Part shown: positions 29,949 through 39,591 of the stretch, piece by piece
Position numbering within the stretch: position 1 is the first letter of the stretch
How the letters are laid out: each line of letters starts with the position of its first letter
Assembly: GCA_964476005.1 (NCBI GenBank)
Contig: CAYYZR010000002.1
Location: 1-55,163, forward strand
DNA length: 55,163 nucleotides
Source: an uncultured Halomonas sp.
GTDB taxonomy: Bacteria > Pseudomonadota > Gammaproteobacteria > Xanthomonadales > Wenzhouxiangellaceae
Direction of reading: 5' to 3'
Notes under the pieces: model-generated
Database searches by the model: none
What the model saw: only the letters and a program-made list of their open reading frames with translations
What the model was told of the DNA's origin: nothing
Position numbers and translations under genes: made by a program

Positions 29949-31034
29949 ATGGCGATGTTCTCGCAAATCAAGGACTGGTACCACCGGAATTTTTCCGACC
30001 CGCAGGTCGTGATACTGGCCATGCTGCTGCTTGCCGGTCTGGTCCTGATCATGGTCTTTGGCCAGATGCTGGCGCCGGTTTTCGCCAGCGTCGTGCTGGC
30101 TTATCTTCTCGAGGGGCTGGTGGCCAGGCTGGTCCAGTTCGGCGTGCCGCGTCTGGTCTCGGTCATGGTCGTGTTCAGCGCTTTCATGGCCGTATTGCTC
30201 GTTCTGTTCTTTGGCATCACGCCCATGATCACGCGCCAGCTGGCGCAGGCACTGGCGGAATTGCCCGACTACATCGGGCAGATCCAGACCGTCATCGCCG
30301 ACCTTCCGCAGCGTTATCCGCAGATTGTGGGCGAAGAGCAGGTCAACGACATTCTCGGCCGGATTGGCGAAGACATTCGCAAGTACGGCGGAGCCGTGGT
30401 CTCGCCTTCCGGCGTGATGTACCTGATCGGCCTTGTGATCTTCCTGGTCCTGATTCCGATCCTGGTATTTTTCCTGCTCAAGGACAAGGAGCAGATCCTG
30501 GCCTGGTTCAGACGCTACCTGCCGCGTAATCGGGCGCTGGCGATGCGGGTCTGGAGCGAGGTCGATGCCCAGATCGGCAACTACGTGCGAGGCAAGGTCC
30601 TGGAAATCCTGATCATCTGGATTGTCACCTTCATCACTTTTCATCTGCTCGGCGTTCCGTTCGCCATGCTGATTTCCATGCTGGTCGGCTTTTCGGTGCT
30701 CATCCCGTATATAGGTGCGGCAGTGGTGACGATTCCGGTTGCGATCGTGGCCTTCATCGAATTCGGTTTCACCATGGAGTTCGCCTGGGTCATGGTTGCC
30801 TACGCGATCATCCAGTTGCTCGACGGCAACGTGCTGGTGCCGGTGCTGTTCTCGGAAGTCGTCAGCCTCCATCCCATCGCGATCATCATCGCGGTTCTGG
30901 TCTTCGGTGGCATCTGGGGGTTCTGGGGCGTGTTTTTCGCGATTCCGTTGGCCACGCTTGTCAACGCGGTCCTGCGTGCATGGCCGCGCCAGGAGGCAGA
31001 AGCCGACGCTGTCGCAGGCGGCGGGCAGTCCTGA
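29949..31034 (+). CDS. AI-2E family (PerM-like) transporter
   Basis: Multi-TM; YVRGK, IPYIGA, Q.LDGNVLVP, LHPIAII, GVFFAIPLA. Confidence 0.9.
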   Translation: MAMFSQIKDWYHRNFSDPQVVILAMLLLAGLVLIMVFGQMLAPVFASVVLAYLLEGLVARLVQFGVPRLVSVMVVFSAFMAVLLVLFFGITPMITRQLAQALAELPDYIGQIQTVIADLPQRYPQIVGEEQVNDILGRIGEDIRKYGGAVVSPSGVMYLIGLVIFLVLIPILVFFLLKDKEQILAWFRRYLPRNRALAMRVWSEVDAQIGNYVRGKVLEILIIWIVTFITFHLLGVPFAMLISMLVGFSVLIPYIGAAVVTIPVAIVAFIEFGFTMEFAWVMVAYAIIQLLDGNVLVPVLFSEVVSLHPIAIIIAVLVFGGIWGFWGVFFAIPLATLVNAVLRAWPRQEAEADAVAGGGQS

Positions 31035-31042
31035 TCCACGGC

Positions 31043-32362
31043 ATGCAGCCTTCCGAAATCGAAGGGCTCGAATTCACCAGCCGCGAATTCGATCCGGATT
31101 CCGGCGACCTCCGCTTGCACTGGCGGCTGTTCGGCAACGATCAGGATCTGTTTCTGGAAGAGCGCTTCGGTTTCGGCCGCGCTACGCCGCATGTTTCACC
31201 GGATCACCCTTCATTTCAGGCCGCCCTGGATTTGTTGCACTGGATTGCCGGCGTGAGTTACTGGAAGGTTGCCTGTCGTGGCGAGATTCGTTTCGCGGCC
31301 GGCCGGCCGGACGCCTTCCAGGCGGATGCGCTGGCGCTGATCTATCAGCACGGCCTGGCTGAAATGGCCTGGGTCAACCAACTGCAGGGCCGCTATTGGC
31401 CGGACTTCGACGCCGCCGACCGGTCTGGTCCAACCGGTGCCCCGGCACTCGGGCTGGGGGGGCGCGCGCTGGTGCCGATGGGCGGCGGCAAGGATTCGCT
31501 GGTCGCGCTGGAGCGGGTGCGCGCGCGCGGCATCGAGACCGAAACGGTGCAGGTGGGAGCGGCGCCGCTGATTGGGCGCGTGGCCGAGCGCGCCGGCACG
31601 CGGCATCGTGTCATCCGGCGCCGGCTCGCCCCGGAACTGGCTGCATTGAACGCCGGCGGCGCCCTCAACGGGCACGTCCCGATCACCGCGATCAACGCCG
31701 CGACCCTGGTCATTGCCGCTCTGATATGGAACTTCGACGCGGTGGTTTTCGCCAACGAGCGATCGGCCGATGCGCCGACGCTGACGACCCCGGATGGCCG
31801 GCCGGTCAACCATCAGTTCGCCAAGAGCCATGCGTTCGAACGATTGCTGGGCGAGTGGATAGCGCGATACGTCGCCGACGACCTGGCGGTGTTCTCGCTG
31901 CTGCGGCGCGACAGCGAACTCGCCATCTGCCGCGAGTTCGCCGAGTTGACCGCCTATCACGATGTCTTTTCCAGCTGCAATCGCAACTTCCACCTCGAGG
32001 GCCCGCGCACCGCGCGTTGGTGCGGCGAATGCCCGAAATGCCGGTTCGTTTTCCTGGCCCTGGCGCCGTTCATGGAGGTGCAAGGCTTGAAGACCATCTT
32101 CGGCCGCGATCTTCTGGCCGAAGCCGGACAGGCCGACGCGTTTGCCGAACTGCTGGAACTGGCCGGGCCGCGTCCATTCGAGTGCGTGGGCGAGGCCGGC
32201 GAGGCGCGCGCCGCGCTGGGCGCGCTTGCCGCCGATGCGCGCTGGCGTGATCATGCGGTGGTGCGCGAATTGATGACGCGGGTTCGCGGAATCCAGTTGC
32301 CGGATCTCCATACGATACTCCGACCCGAGGGCCCCGACTGCATACCGGAGCGATTCCGTTGA
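31043..32362 (+). CDS. murL: UDP-MurNAc-L-Ala-L-Glu epimerase MurL
   Basis: GGGKDSLV, NGHVPITAIN, NHQFAKS, FSSCNRNF, WCGECPKC; coupled to a MurD-like gene. Confidence 0.85.
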   Translation: MQPSEIEGLEFTSREFDPDSGDLRLHWRLFGNDQDLFLEERFGFGRATPHVSPDHPSFQAALDLLHWIAGVSYWKVACRGEIRFAAGRPDAFQADALALIYQHGLAEMAWVNQLQGRYWPDFDAADRSGPTGAPALGLGGRALVPMGGGKDSLVALERVRARGIETETVQVGAAPLIGRVAERAGTRHRVIRRRLAPELAALNAGGALNGHVPITAINAATLVIAALIWNFDAVVFANERSADAPTLTTPDGRPVNHQFAKSHAFERLLGEWIARYVADDLAVFSLLRRDSELAICREFAELTAYHDVFSSCNRNFHLEGPRTARWCGECPKCRFVFLALAPFMEVQGLKTIFGRDLLAEAGQADAFAELLELAGPRPFECVGEAGEARAALGALAADARWRDHAVVRELMTRVRGIQLPDLHTILRPEGPDCIPERFR

Positions 32363-33681
32363 TGAATTTCGAGATCCTGAAGACCGGGCTCACGCTAGTG
32401 CTCGGTTTCGGGCGCGAGGGTCGGGCGCTGGAGCGAGCAGTCGCCCAGCGGGCGCCGGGTGCGCGTATCGAGGTTCTGTGCGACCGCGCGCCCGATATCG
32501 AACCCCTCGACTGGCCGCTGCGCATCGGCACGCCCGATTCGGTTTCCGGTGCGCCCGATCGGGTTCTGCGTTCACCCGGTGTACCGGTCGACCTGCCGGC
32601 GCTGGTCCGCTGGCGCGCGGCCGGCATACCGGTGACCTGCATTTCGTCGCTGTGGTTCGCCGAGCGTCCCGAAGCCCGGGTGGTTGCCGTGACCGGCAGC
32701 AAGGGGAAAAGCACCACCGCGGCGCTGATCGCACACCTGCTGGCGGCGGACGGAACGTCGGTCGCACTGGGCGGCAATATCGGGGTGCCGATGCTGGACC
32801 TGCTCGAGGATCGCTCGGACTGGTTCGTCATCGAGCTTTCCAGTTACCAGCTCGCCGATCTGCGCGGGCATGCCAGCGCGGCGGTGATCACGCGGCTGTT
32901 TCCCGAGCACCAGGACTGGCACGGCGGCGTGGCGAACTATTACGCCGCCAAGCTGCGCATAGCGGCTCTTCTCGACGGCGGACCGCTGTGGATCAACGGC
33001 GCCGATCCGGTGCTGGCGCAGGCCGTCTCCGGCCTGCCCGATGTCCGGCCGGTCAACGTCGAAGGCGGCATCCGGGCCGAGGTCGACGGAATCCGGTGCC
33101 GGGGGCGACGATTGATGACGGCATCCGATAGTCCGCTTGTGGGACGTCACAACCTGGACAATCTAGCGCTGGCCCTGGCGGTCGTGGAATCCATCGACGG
33201 ACAACTGGAGCCGGTCAGGCAAAGGCTGGCGTCATTCCGGCCCCTTCCGCATCGGCTCGAACCCGTACCCGGACCGGACGCAACGTTGTGGGTCAATGAC
33301 TCGATCGCGACCACGCCGTATGCGACGCTTGCGGCGCTGCAGGCCAGCCCGCCGAATCCGGTGCTTATCGTCGGCGGGCTGGAGCGCGGCGCGGACTGGC
33401 GCATGGTCGCGGAGTTCTGTCGGGAAAACCCGCTGTCCGGGCTGATAGGACTGCCCGACAACGGGCCTGCCATCTGCGGGCTTTTTGCCGACGCCGGCGG
33501 CGTCGAGGCCGGGCGCGTATCGGTTGTCGGGAACATGGTCGAGGCGGTCGTGGCGGCGCGGCGGCTGAGCCGGGCTGATGGAGTGGTCATCCTGTCGCCC
33601 GGCGCTCCGAGTTTTCCGGCGTTCAGGGATTTCGAGCACCGCGGCGATGCATTCAGGGACGCGGTGGGCGCGCTGACCTGA
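32362..33681 (+). CDS. murD: MurD2-type UDP-MurNAc-L-Ala:(L-)glutamate ligase
   Basis: SPGV, VTGSKGKSTT, GGNIG, ELSSYQ, HRLE, NDSIAT, LSPGAPSF; TGATG overlap with murL. Confidence 0.9.
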   Translation: MNFEILKTGLTLVLGFGREGRALERAVAQRAPGARIEVLCDRAPDIEPLDWPLRIGTPDSVSGAPDRVLRSPGVPVDLPALVRWRAAGIPVTCISSLWFAERPEARVVAVTGSKGKSTTAALIAHLLAADGTSVALGGNIGVPMLDLLEDRSDWFVIELSSYQLADLRGHASAAVITRLFPEHQDWHGGVANYYAAKLRIAALLDGGPLWINGADPVLAQAVSGLPDVRPVNVEGGIRAEVDGIRCRGRRLMTASDSPLVGRHNLDNLALALAVVESIDGQLEPVRQRLASFRPLPHRLEPVPGPDATLWVNDSIATTPYATLAALQASPPNPVLIVGGLERGADWRMVAEFCRENPLSGLIGLPDNGPAICGLFADAGGVEAGRVSVVGNMVEAVVAARRLSRADGVVILSPGAPSFPAFRDFEHRGDAFRDAVGALT

Positions 33682-33781
33682 CGACGCGCGAGAATTGGTT
33701 ATCCGGGCGAACTGGAGTCTGCCAAGAACTGTTCCGTAGCCGCTATCCTTCGAGCGTATGCGTGGGATACGTTTGGATTCA

Positions 33782-33856
33782 GCCGGCCTTATTCACCACC
33801 CTGCCAGTTGCGGTGTCGCCAGGCGCTGCGGCCGAAGGGCAGTGAATAAGGCGGGC
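33782..33856. repeat. 75-bp inverted-repeat element (mini-MITE or bidirectional terminator)
   Basis: GCCGGCCTTATTCAC...GTGAATAAGGCGGGC (14/15), flanked by TCA on both sides; lies between convergent murD2 and ispB. Confidence 0.65.
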
Positions 33857-34855
33857 TCAGAGCGACCGGTCGACCGCGAAGCGTGCCAGAAGCTCCAGCG
33901 AATCGCGTTCCGCCGACGCCGGCAGCGGCGCCAGCGCCCGGCAGGCGCGTTCCGAGAACGCCGTGGCGCGTTCCAGCGCGTCGTCCAGCGCCCCGGTCTT
34001 GATCAGCACCTCGCGGACGCGGTCGAGTTCATCGGTGCCGCCGGCATGAATCGTTTCGATCAGAAAATCGCGATCGGCCTTTTCGGCCGCCTTGAGCGCA
34101 AGGATCAGCGGCAGCGTGACCTTGCCTTCGGCGAGATCGTCGCCGAGATTCTTGCCCAGCGCATCGTCCTTGCCCGAATAATCCAGCCAGTCGTCGGTGA
34201 TCTGGAATGCCTGGCCCAGGGCGAAGCCGAAGTCGGCAAGCGACTGTTCGACCTCGCGGGGACTGTCGGAAATCACCGCACCCAGCCGCGCGGCGGCGGC
34301 AAACAGGCAGGCGGTCTTGTCGCCGATGACCTTGAGGTAGCCGGACTCGTCGAGTTCGATGTCGCCCAGTTGCATCAGCTGCAATACTTCGCCGGCGGCG
34401 ATCGTATTCGTGGTGTCGGCCAGGATCGACATGATCGAATTCGATTCGAGCTCTACCATCAGCTGAAAACTGCGCGAGTAGAGAAAATCACCGACAAGCA
34501 CCGATGCCGCGTTGCCCCAGACCTGGTGGGCGGTGCGTTGCCCGCGCCGCCGCTCCGAGCCGTCGACGACATCGTCGTGCAGCAGCGTGGCGGTATGGAT
34601 GAACTCGATGACGGCGGCGAGTTGCGTATGCGCCATGCCGCCGTAGCCGCAGGCGCGGGCCGACAGCAGGTGGACGAGTGGACGCAATCGCTTGCCGCCG
34701 GCGTTGATGATGTATTCGCCGATCTGGTTGACGAGCAGCACGTCGGATCTGAGCCGCTTCCGGATCAGCGCGTCCATCGCCTGGCGGTCGCCGGCGGTCA
34801 GGCCCATGATCTCGGCCAGCGAACTCGGGGACGTAATCGAACTGACGTGGTTCAT
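33857..34855 (-). CDS. ispB: Octaprenyl/polyprenyl diphosphate synthase
   Basis: GGKRLRP, LHDDVVD, FQITDD.LD, GKNLGDDL.EGK.TLP. Confidence 0.93.
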   Translation of the reverse strand: MNHVSSITSPSSLAEIMGLTAGDRQAMDALIRKRLRSDVLLVNQIGEYIINAGGKRLRPLVHLLSARACGYGGMAHTQLAAVIEFIHTATLLHDDVVDGSERRRGQRTAHQVWGNAASVLVGDFLYSRSFQLMVELESNSIMSILADTTNTIAAGEVLQLMQLGDIELDESGYLKVIGDKTACLFAAAARLGAVISDSPREVEQSLADFGFALGQAFQITDDWLDYSGKDDALGKNLGDDLAEGKVTLPLILALKAAEKADRDFLIETIHAGGTDELDRVREVLIKTGALDDALERATAFSERACRALAPLPASAERDSLELLARFAVDRSL

Positions 34856-34858
34856 AAC

Positions 34859-34879
34859 CCGTGATTATACGTTTCACGG
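34859..34879 (-). promoter_or_regulatory. TATAAT -10 of ispB within palindrome CCGTGA-N9-TCACGG
   Basis: Minus-strand TATAAT at 34869-34864, 8 nt from ATG 34855. Confidence 0.5.
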
Positions 34880-35120
34880 ACCGGGGAAGCGCTGCCGATT
34901 GCCATTGAATGGTCATGCGGTGATTCTGCGGCGGACCGCCGTTCGGTCGCCTGGAGACCTGGCCGGGTCTCCATCTCGTCTGCCGGACCTGCGGCGGCAT
35001 CCGGATGTCGCCGGGCGAGCGGGGCGATTCGGTCGGCCGACCCGGTTCGGGCAGACGCGAGCCGGGCCGTCGAGCGCGCCCCGTTCGGGGCCGACGAGGG
35101 GCTGAGCCGCCGGTTCCTTG

Positions 35121-35129
35121 TGCTAGACT
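35121..35129 (+). promoter_or_regulatory. Extended -10 (TGcTAGACT) of ssb
   Basis: Sequence match ~35 nt upstream of the ssb ATG. Confidence 0.45.
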
Positions 35130-35163
35130 TTCAGGCTTAAATTCATACCTGTGAGCAAGCGAA

Positions 35164-35619
35164 ATGGCGCGCGGAATCAACAAGGTCATCCTGATCGGAA
35201 ACCTGGGGGCGGACCCCGAAGTTCGCTACACGCCGGCCAATACCGCCGTCTGCAACATCAGCGTCGCGACCACCGACCAGTGGCGCGACAAGCAGACCGG
35301 AGAGCCGCAGGAAAAGACCGAATGGCACCGGGTGGTGATGTTCAATCGGCTCGGCGAGATCGCCGGCGAATACCTCAAGAAGGGCAGCAAGGTCTACATC
35401 GAAGGCCGGCTGCAGACGCGCAAGTGGCAGGGCCAGGACGGTCAGGATCGCTATACCACTGAAATCGTCGCCAATGAAATGCAGATGCTCGATGGGCGGA
35501 GTGGCTCGGCACCGATGGATGATGCCGGTTACGGCGGTCGGCAGCAGCAGCCGCGGCAGCAATCGAGACAGGCCCCACCCCCGGCCGACGATGATCTGGC
35601 CGACGATATTCCGTTCTGA
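35164..35619 (+). CDS. ssb: Single-stranded DNA-binding protein
   Basis: [25 protein letters not shown]-terminal DDIPF. Confidence 0.98.
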   Translation: MARGINKVILIGNLGADPEVRYTPANTAVCNISVATTDQWRDKQTGEPQEKTEWHRVVMFNRLGEIAGEYLKKGSKVYIEGRLQTRKWQGQDGQDRYTTEIVANEMQMLDGRSGSAPMDDAGYGGRQQQPRQQSRQAPPPADDDLADDIPF

Positions 35620-35652
35620 TTCCGTAACGCGACCTGATCCGAAGATCCATTC

Positions 35653-36702
35653 ATGAAAAAGCTGCTTGTTACCGGAGGCGCCGGATTCATCGGCGCCAAT
35701 TTCGTCCATTTCATTGCCGACAGAGCCGATTTCGCGGTGGTCAATCTGGACTTGCTGACCTATGCCGGCAATCCGGAATCACTCCGCGAGGTGAGAGCGG
35801 ATCGCCATGAGCTGGTGCGGGGCAATATTGCCGACACGCGTCTGGTGCGTGAGCTTCTGGACACCCATCAGCCCGAGGCGATCGTGCATTTTGCCGCCGA
35901 AAGTCACGTCGATAGATCCATCGACAATCCATCGGCGTTCATCGAGACGAACGTACTGGGCACCCAGGCGCTGCTGGACGCTTCACTGGAGTACTGGAAG
36001 TCGGGGCATCCGGAGTTTCGATTTCTTCATGTTTCGACGGACGAAGTCTACGGTGACCTCGAGCCCGACGAGCCCGCTTTCACCGAACTGAATCCGTACA
36101 AGCCGAGTTCCCCCTACGCTGCCAGCAAGGCTGCCGCCGATCATCTCGTGCGGGCGTGGCACCGGACCTGGGGTCTGCCAGTGCTGATCACCAACTGCTC
36201 CAACAACTACGGCCCGAGACAGTTTCCGGAAAAGCTGATTCCACTGATGTTGATCAACGCGCTGGAGGGGCGGGATTTGCCGGTATACGGTGACGGTCAG
36301 CAGCGACGCGACTGGCTTTTTGTGGGTGATCATTGCCGCGCGCTGTTGCGCGTCCTCGAATCGGGAGCGCCTGGCCGAACCTACAACGTCGGCGGTAATG
36401 CCGAGCGGACCAACATCGATATCGTCCATGCGCTTTGCGACTTGCTGGACGAACGCGTTCCGGGCAAACGCCCGCGTCGTGACCTGATTCGCCATGTTGT
36501 CGATCGGCCCGGCCATGACCGGCGATACGCCATCGACGCGTCGCGGATTCGCGACGAACTCGGCTGGCAGCCCGAAATGGATCTTGCGACCGGATTGAAG
36601 GCAACAGTCGACTGGTACCTGGACAACCGTGAGTGGTGGCAGCGCATCCAGGACGGTTCGTATCGCGGTGAGCGTCTCGGAAGGCGCGGTGATGCCGCAT
36701 GA
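35653..36702 (+). CDS. rmlB: dTDP-glucose 4,6-dehydratase
   Basis: TGGAGFIG, AAESHVDRSI, STDEVYG, YAASK, RPGHDRRYA. Confidence 0.96.
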   Translation: MKKLLVTGGAGFIGANFVHFIADRADFAVVNLDLLTYAGNPESLREVRADRHELVRGNIADTRLVRELLDTHQPEAIVHFAAESHVDRSIDNPSAFIETNVLGTQALLDASLEYWKSGHPEFRFLHVSTDEVYGDLEPDEPAFTELNPYKPSSPYAASKAAADHLVRAWHRTWGLPVLITNCSNNYGPRQFPEKLIPLMLINALEGRDLPVYGDGQQRRDWLFVGDHCRALLRVLESGAPGRTYNVGGNAERTNIDIVHALCDLLDERVPGKRPRRDLIRHVVDRPGHDRRYAIDASRIRDELGWQPEMDLATGLKATVDWYLDNREWWQRIQDGSYRGERLGRRGDAA

Positions 36703-36740
36703 TGGTTCCCCTGGGCCGCGCTTGACCGGAGACGGTGCTG

Positions 36741-37301
36741 ATGCACATTCGCGAGACTGAACTGCCTGGCGTCAAGCTGATCGAACCCGATGTTTTTGGT
36801 GATGACCGCGGCTGGTTTCTGGAGAATTGGCGCGACGAGCGTTTTGTCGGGTCGGGTATCGGCCCGGCATTCGCCCAGGTCAATACCAGCCATAGCCGTT
36901 TCGGCGTCCTTCGAGGCCTGCACTATCAGTGGCCGGAACCGCAAGGCAAGCTGGTTTGGGTGACGTCCGGCCGGGTATTCGACGTTGCCGTGGATATCCG
37001 GCCGGATTCGCCGAAATTCGGCCAATGGACTTCGGTCGAACTCAGCGCTGAAAATCACCGGCAGCTCTGGATACCCGAAGGCTTTGCGCATGGATTCCAG
37101 GTGCTGTCGGAAGAGGCGACATTTTCGTACCTGTGTACACGACCGTATCGGTCGGACTACGATGCAAGTGTGGCCTGGAATGACGAGACCGTCGGGGTTC
37201 TCTGGCCACATCGGCCGTCCTCGCTTTCGGCAAAGGACGAGGCCGCCCCCCGACTCGAACAGATTGCCAAGGAGCGTTTGCCAAGATGCGAATCCTGCTG
37301 A
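36741..37301 (+). CDS. rmlC: dTDP-4-dehydrorhamnose 3,5-epimerase
   Basis: DDRGWF.E, GVLRGLHYQ, DVAVDIR, PEGFAHGF. Confidence 0.95.
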   Translation: MHIRETELPGVKLIEPDVFGDDRGWFLENWRDERFVGSGIGPAFAQVNTSHSRFGVLRGLHYQWPEPQGKLVWVTSGRVFDVAVDIRPDSPKFGQWTSVELSAENHRQLWIPEGFAHGFQVLSEEATFSYLCTRPYRSDYDASVAWNDETVGVLWPHRPSSLSAKDEAAPRLEQIAKERLPRCESC

Positions 37302-38182
37302 CAGGTTGCGGCGGCCAGCTGGGCCGTCACCTTGCACCCCGGCTGGCCCGAATCGGCGAAGTCGTCCAGACCGACCGGGAGGGTGGGGATTTTCAGTGCG
37401 ATCTCTCCGATCGTCGATTGCTGAACAAGACGCTGCAGCGGGTCAAGCCGGATATCGTCGTCAATCCGGCTGCGTGGACGGCGGTCGATCAAGCCGAGGA
37501 CGAGCCCGAGCTTGCCGCTCGACTCAATACCGATATGCCCGACTGGATCGCCCGGTGGTGTGCGGAAAACGACGCGATACTGCTTCATTTCTCCACCGAC
37601 TACGTCTTTTCAGGCCGTTGCGATCGACCATGGAATGAAAACGACACGCCATCGCCCGGTAATGTTTACGGAAGGACAAAACTGGCAAGCGAACGTGCGA
37701 TTGCCGAAAGCGGCGCGCGAGCGATCATTGTTCGCACGGCCTGGCTGTACAGTCACTTTCCCGGAAATTTCCTGTCGGCCATCCTGACGCGCGCCAGCCA
37801 GGGCCAGCCGCTGAAAATCGTTTCAGATCAGTTTGGCTCGCCGACATGGGCCGGAGATCTGGCCGACGCCTGCATTGCATTGCTGGAGCGACGCGAACGC
37901 CTGCCGGATCGTTGCAGCCTTTTCCACGTTGCGGGACGCGGCCGGATGTCCTGGCACGAGTTCGGCAAGCTGGCCGTCCAGCGGGCGGTCGAAATCGGCG
38001 CACTGGATCGGCCCGTCGATGTTTCACCGATCGAAAGCGCCAATTGGCCGCAGAAAGCGCGACGCCCGGTCTGGTCGGTTCTCGATTGCGGCCGTTACGA
38101 GGAATTCACCGGCCTTGAATTGCCCTCCGTCGAGCGCGGGCTGGATGAGTGCATGGCTTTCTGGAAGGAGTCGATATGTTGA
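37286..38182 (+). CDS. rmlD: dTDP-4-dehydrorhamnose reductase
   Basis: TG..GQLG, AAWTAVD.AE, STDYVF, YGRTK, DQFGSPT. Confidence 0.94.
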   Translation: MRILLTGCGGQLGRHLAPRLARIGEVVQTDREGGDFQCDLSDRRLLNKTLQRVKPDIVVNPAAWTAVDQAEDEPELAARLNTDMPDWIARWCAENDAILLHFSTDYVFSGRCDRPWNENDTPSPGNVYGRTKLASERAIAESGARAIIVRTAWLYSHFPGNFLSAILTRASQGQPLKIVSDQFGSPTWAGDLADACIALLERRERLPDRCSLFHVAGRGRMSWHEFGKLAVQRAVEIGALDRPVDVSPIESANWPQKARRPVWSVLDCGRYEEFTGLELPSVERGLDECMAFWKESIC

Positions 38183-39591
38183 TACCGGTCATTCTGTCAG
38201 GCGGTGCCGGAACACGGCTCTGGCCTGTTTCGCGCAAGGCGCATCCCAAGCCGTTCATGCGGCTTGCCGATGGTCAGACCCTTGCCGGGGCAACGCTGAA
38301 GCGTGCACTCGACGTTATCGATCACGCCAACGTGCTGACAATCACGGCGCGCGACTATTTCTTCTTCACGCGTGATATATACCGCGAGGTGGCCCCGGAA
38401 GCCAGGCACGCATTCGTGCTCGAGCCTGAAGGGCGGAATACGGCAGCCGCGATTGCCGCGGCCGCGCTGTGGGTTCGCGACGAGTTCGGCGGCGACGCGC
38501 GCCTGCTGGTATTGCCGGCCGATCATCTGGTACGCGATCAGGAGGCCTTCGCAGAGGCCGTGCGGCGAGCCGATGCGCTTGCAGCGCAAGGCTGGCTGGT
38601 CTGTCTCGGAGTCCAGCCCACTCACGCCGAAACGGGGTTTGGCTACATCCGGGCGGGCGAAGGTCTGGAACACGCAGGCGCGAGAATCGAGGCCTTCGTC
38701 GAGAAGCCGGATGCGGCTACGGCACAGCGCTATTTCGAGAGCCGGCAGTATCTCTGGAATGCCGGCATGTTCTGCTTCACCGCCGAGGCCATCCTGGAGG
38801 CCATGGCGGAACAGGCGCCGGATATTCTTGCCGGTGTGGAGGCGACATGGAGCGAAACCGCCCGCGATCAGGATCCGGTGGAGCTGGATCCGGCGCGCTT
38901 TGCTGCGGTGCGAAGCGAATCCATCGATTTCGCCGTGATGGAACGCGCGCCCCGGCGCGCGGTGGTACCGGTGGCCTGCGGCTGGAGCGATATCGGCTCC
39001 TGGCAGGCGATCAGCGACCTGTACGAAACCGACGGCGCGGGCAATCAGGTTCAGGGCCATGCCGTGCTGGTCGGTTCAAGAAATACTTTTGTCCAGAGCG
39101 ACAAGCGCCTGGTGGCCGCCGTCGGCGTCGATGACCTGGTCATCGTGGACACCGGCGACGCCGTCCTGGTGGCGCGGCGGGGCAGGGCGCAGGAAGTCAA
39201 GGAAGTGGTCGAGGAACTGACTCGACGCGATCACGAGTCGGCCGTGTTTCATCAGACCGTTCATCGCCCCTGGGGCAGTTACACGGTGCTCGAGGATGCC
39301 GACGACTGCAAGGTCAAGCGGCTGGTCGTGTGCCCCGGCGGCGTGCTTTCACTGCAACGCCACGAGCATCGAAGCGAACACTGGACGGTGGTCTCCGGCA
39401 CCGCAAGGGTGAGAGTGGGAGACGACCAGTTCGATCTTGGGGCGAACCAGACGGTAGAAATACCGGCCGGCTCGCTGCACAGGCTCGAGAATCCCGGCGA
39501 AAAGAATGTCCACATCATCGAGGTCCAGACCGGCAGCTATTTCGGTGAAGACGATATCGAGCGGCTGGAAGACGTCTACGGGCGTGTATAA
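38176..39591 (+). CDS. manC: Mannose-1-phosphate guanylyltransferase/phosphomannose isomerase (ManC/XanB)
   Basis: GG.GTRLWP.SR, EP.GRNTA, FVEKP, WSDIGSW, RPWGSY cupin, SLQRH.HRSEHW. Confidence 0.95.
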   Translation: MLIPVILSGGAGTRLWPVSRKAHPKPFMRLADGQTLAGATLKRALDVIDHANVLTITARDYFFFTRDIYREVAPEARHAFVLEPEGRNTAAAIAAAALWVRDEFGGDARLLVLPADHLVRDQEAFAEAVRRADALAAQGWLVCLGVQPTHAETGFGYIRAGEGLEHAGARIEAFVEKPDAATAQRYFESRQYLWNAGMFCFTAEAILEAMAEQAPDILAGVEATWSETARDQDPVELDPARFAAVRSESIDFAVMERAPRRAVVPVACGWSDIGSWQAISDLYETDGAGNQVQGHAVLVGSRNTFVQSDKRLVAAVGVDDLVIVDTGDAVLVARRGRAQEVKEVVEELTRRDHESAVFHQTVHRPWGSYTVLEDADDCKVKRLVVCPGGVLSLQRHEHRSEHWTVVSGTARVRVGDDQFDLGANQTVEIPAGSLHRLENPGEKNVHIIEVQTGSYFGEDDIERLEDVYGRV

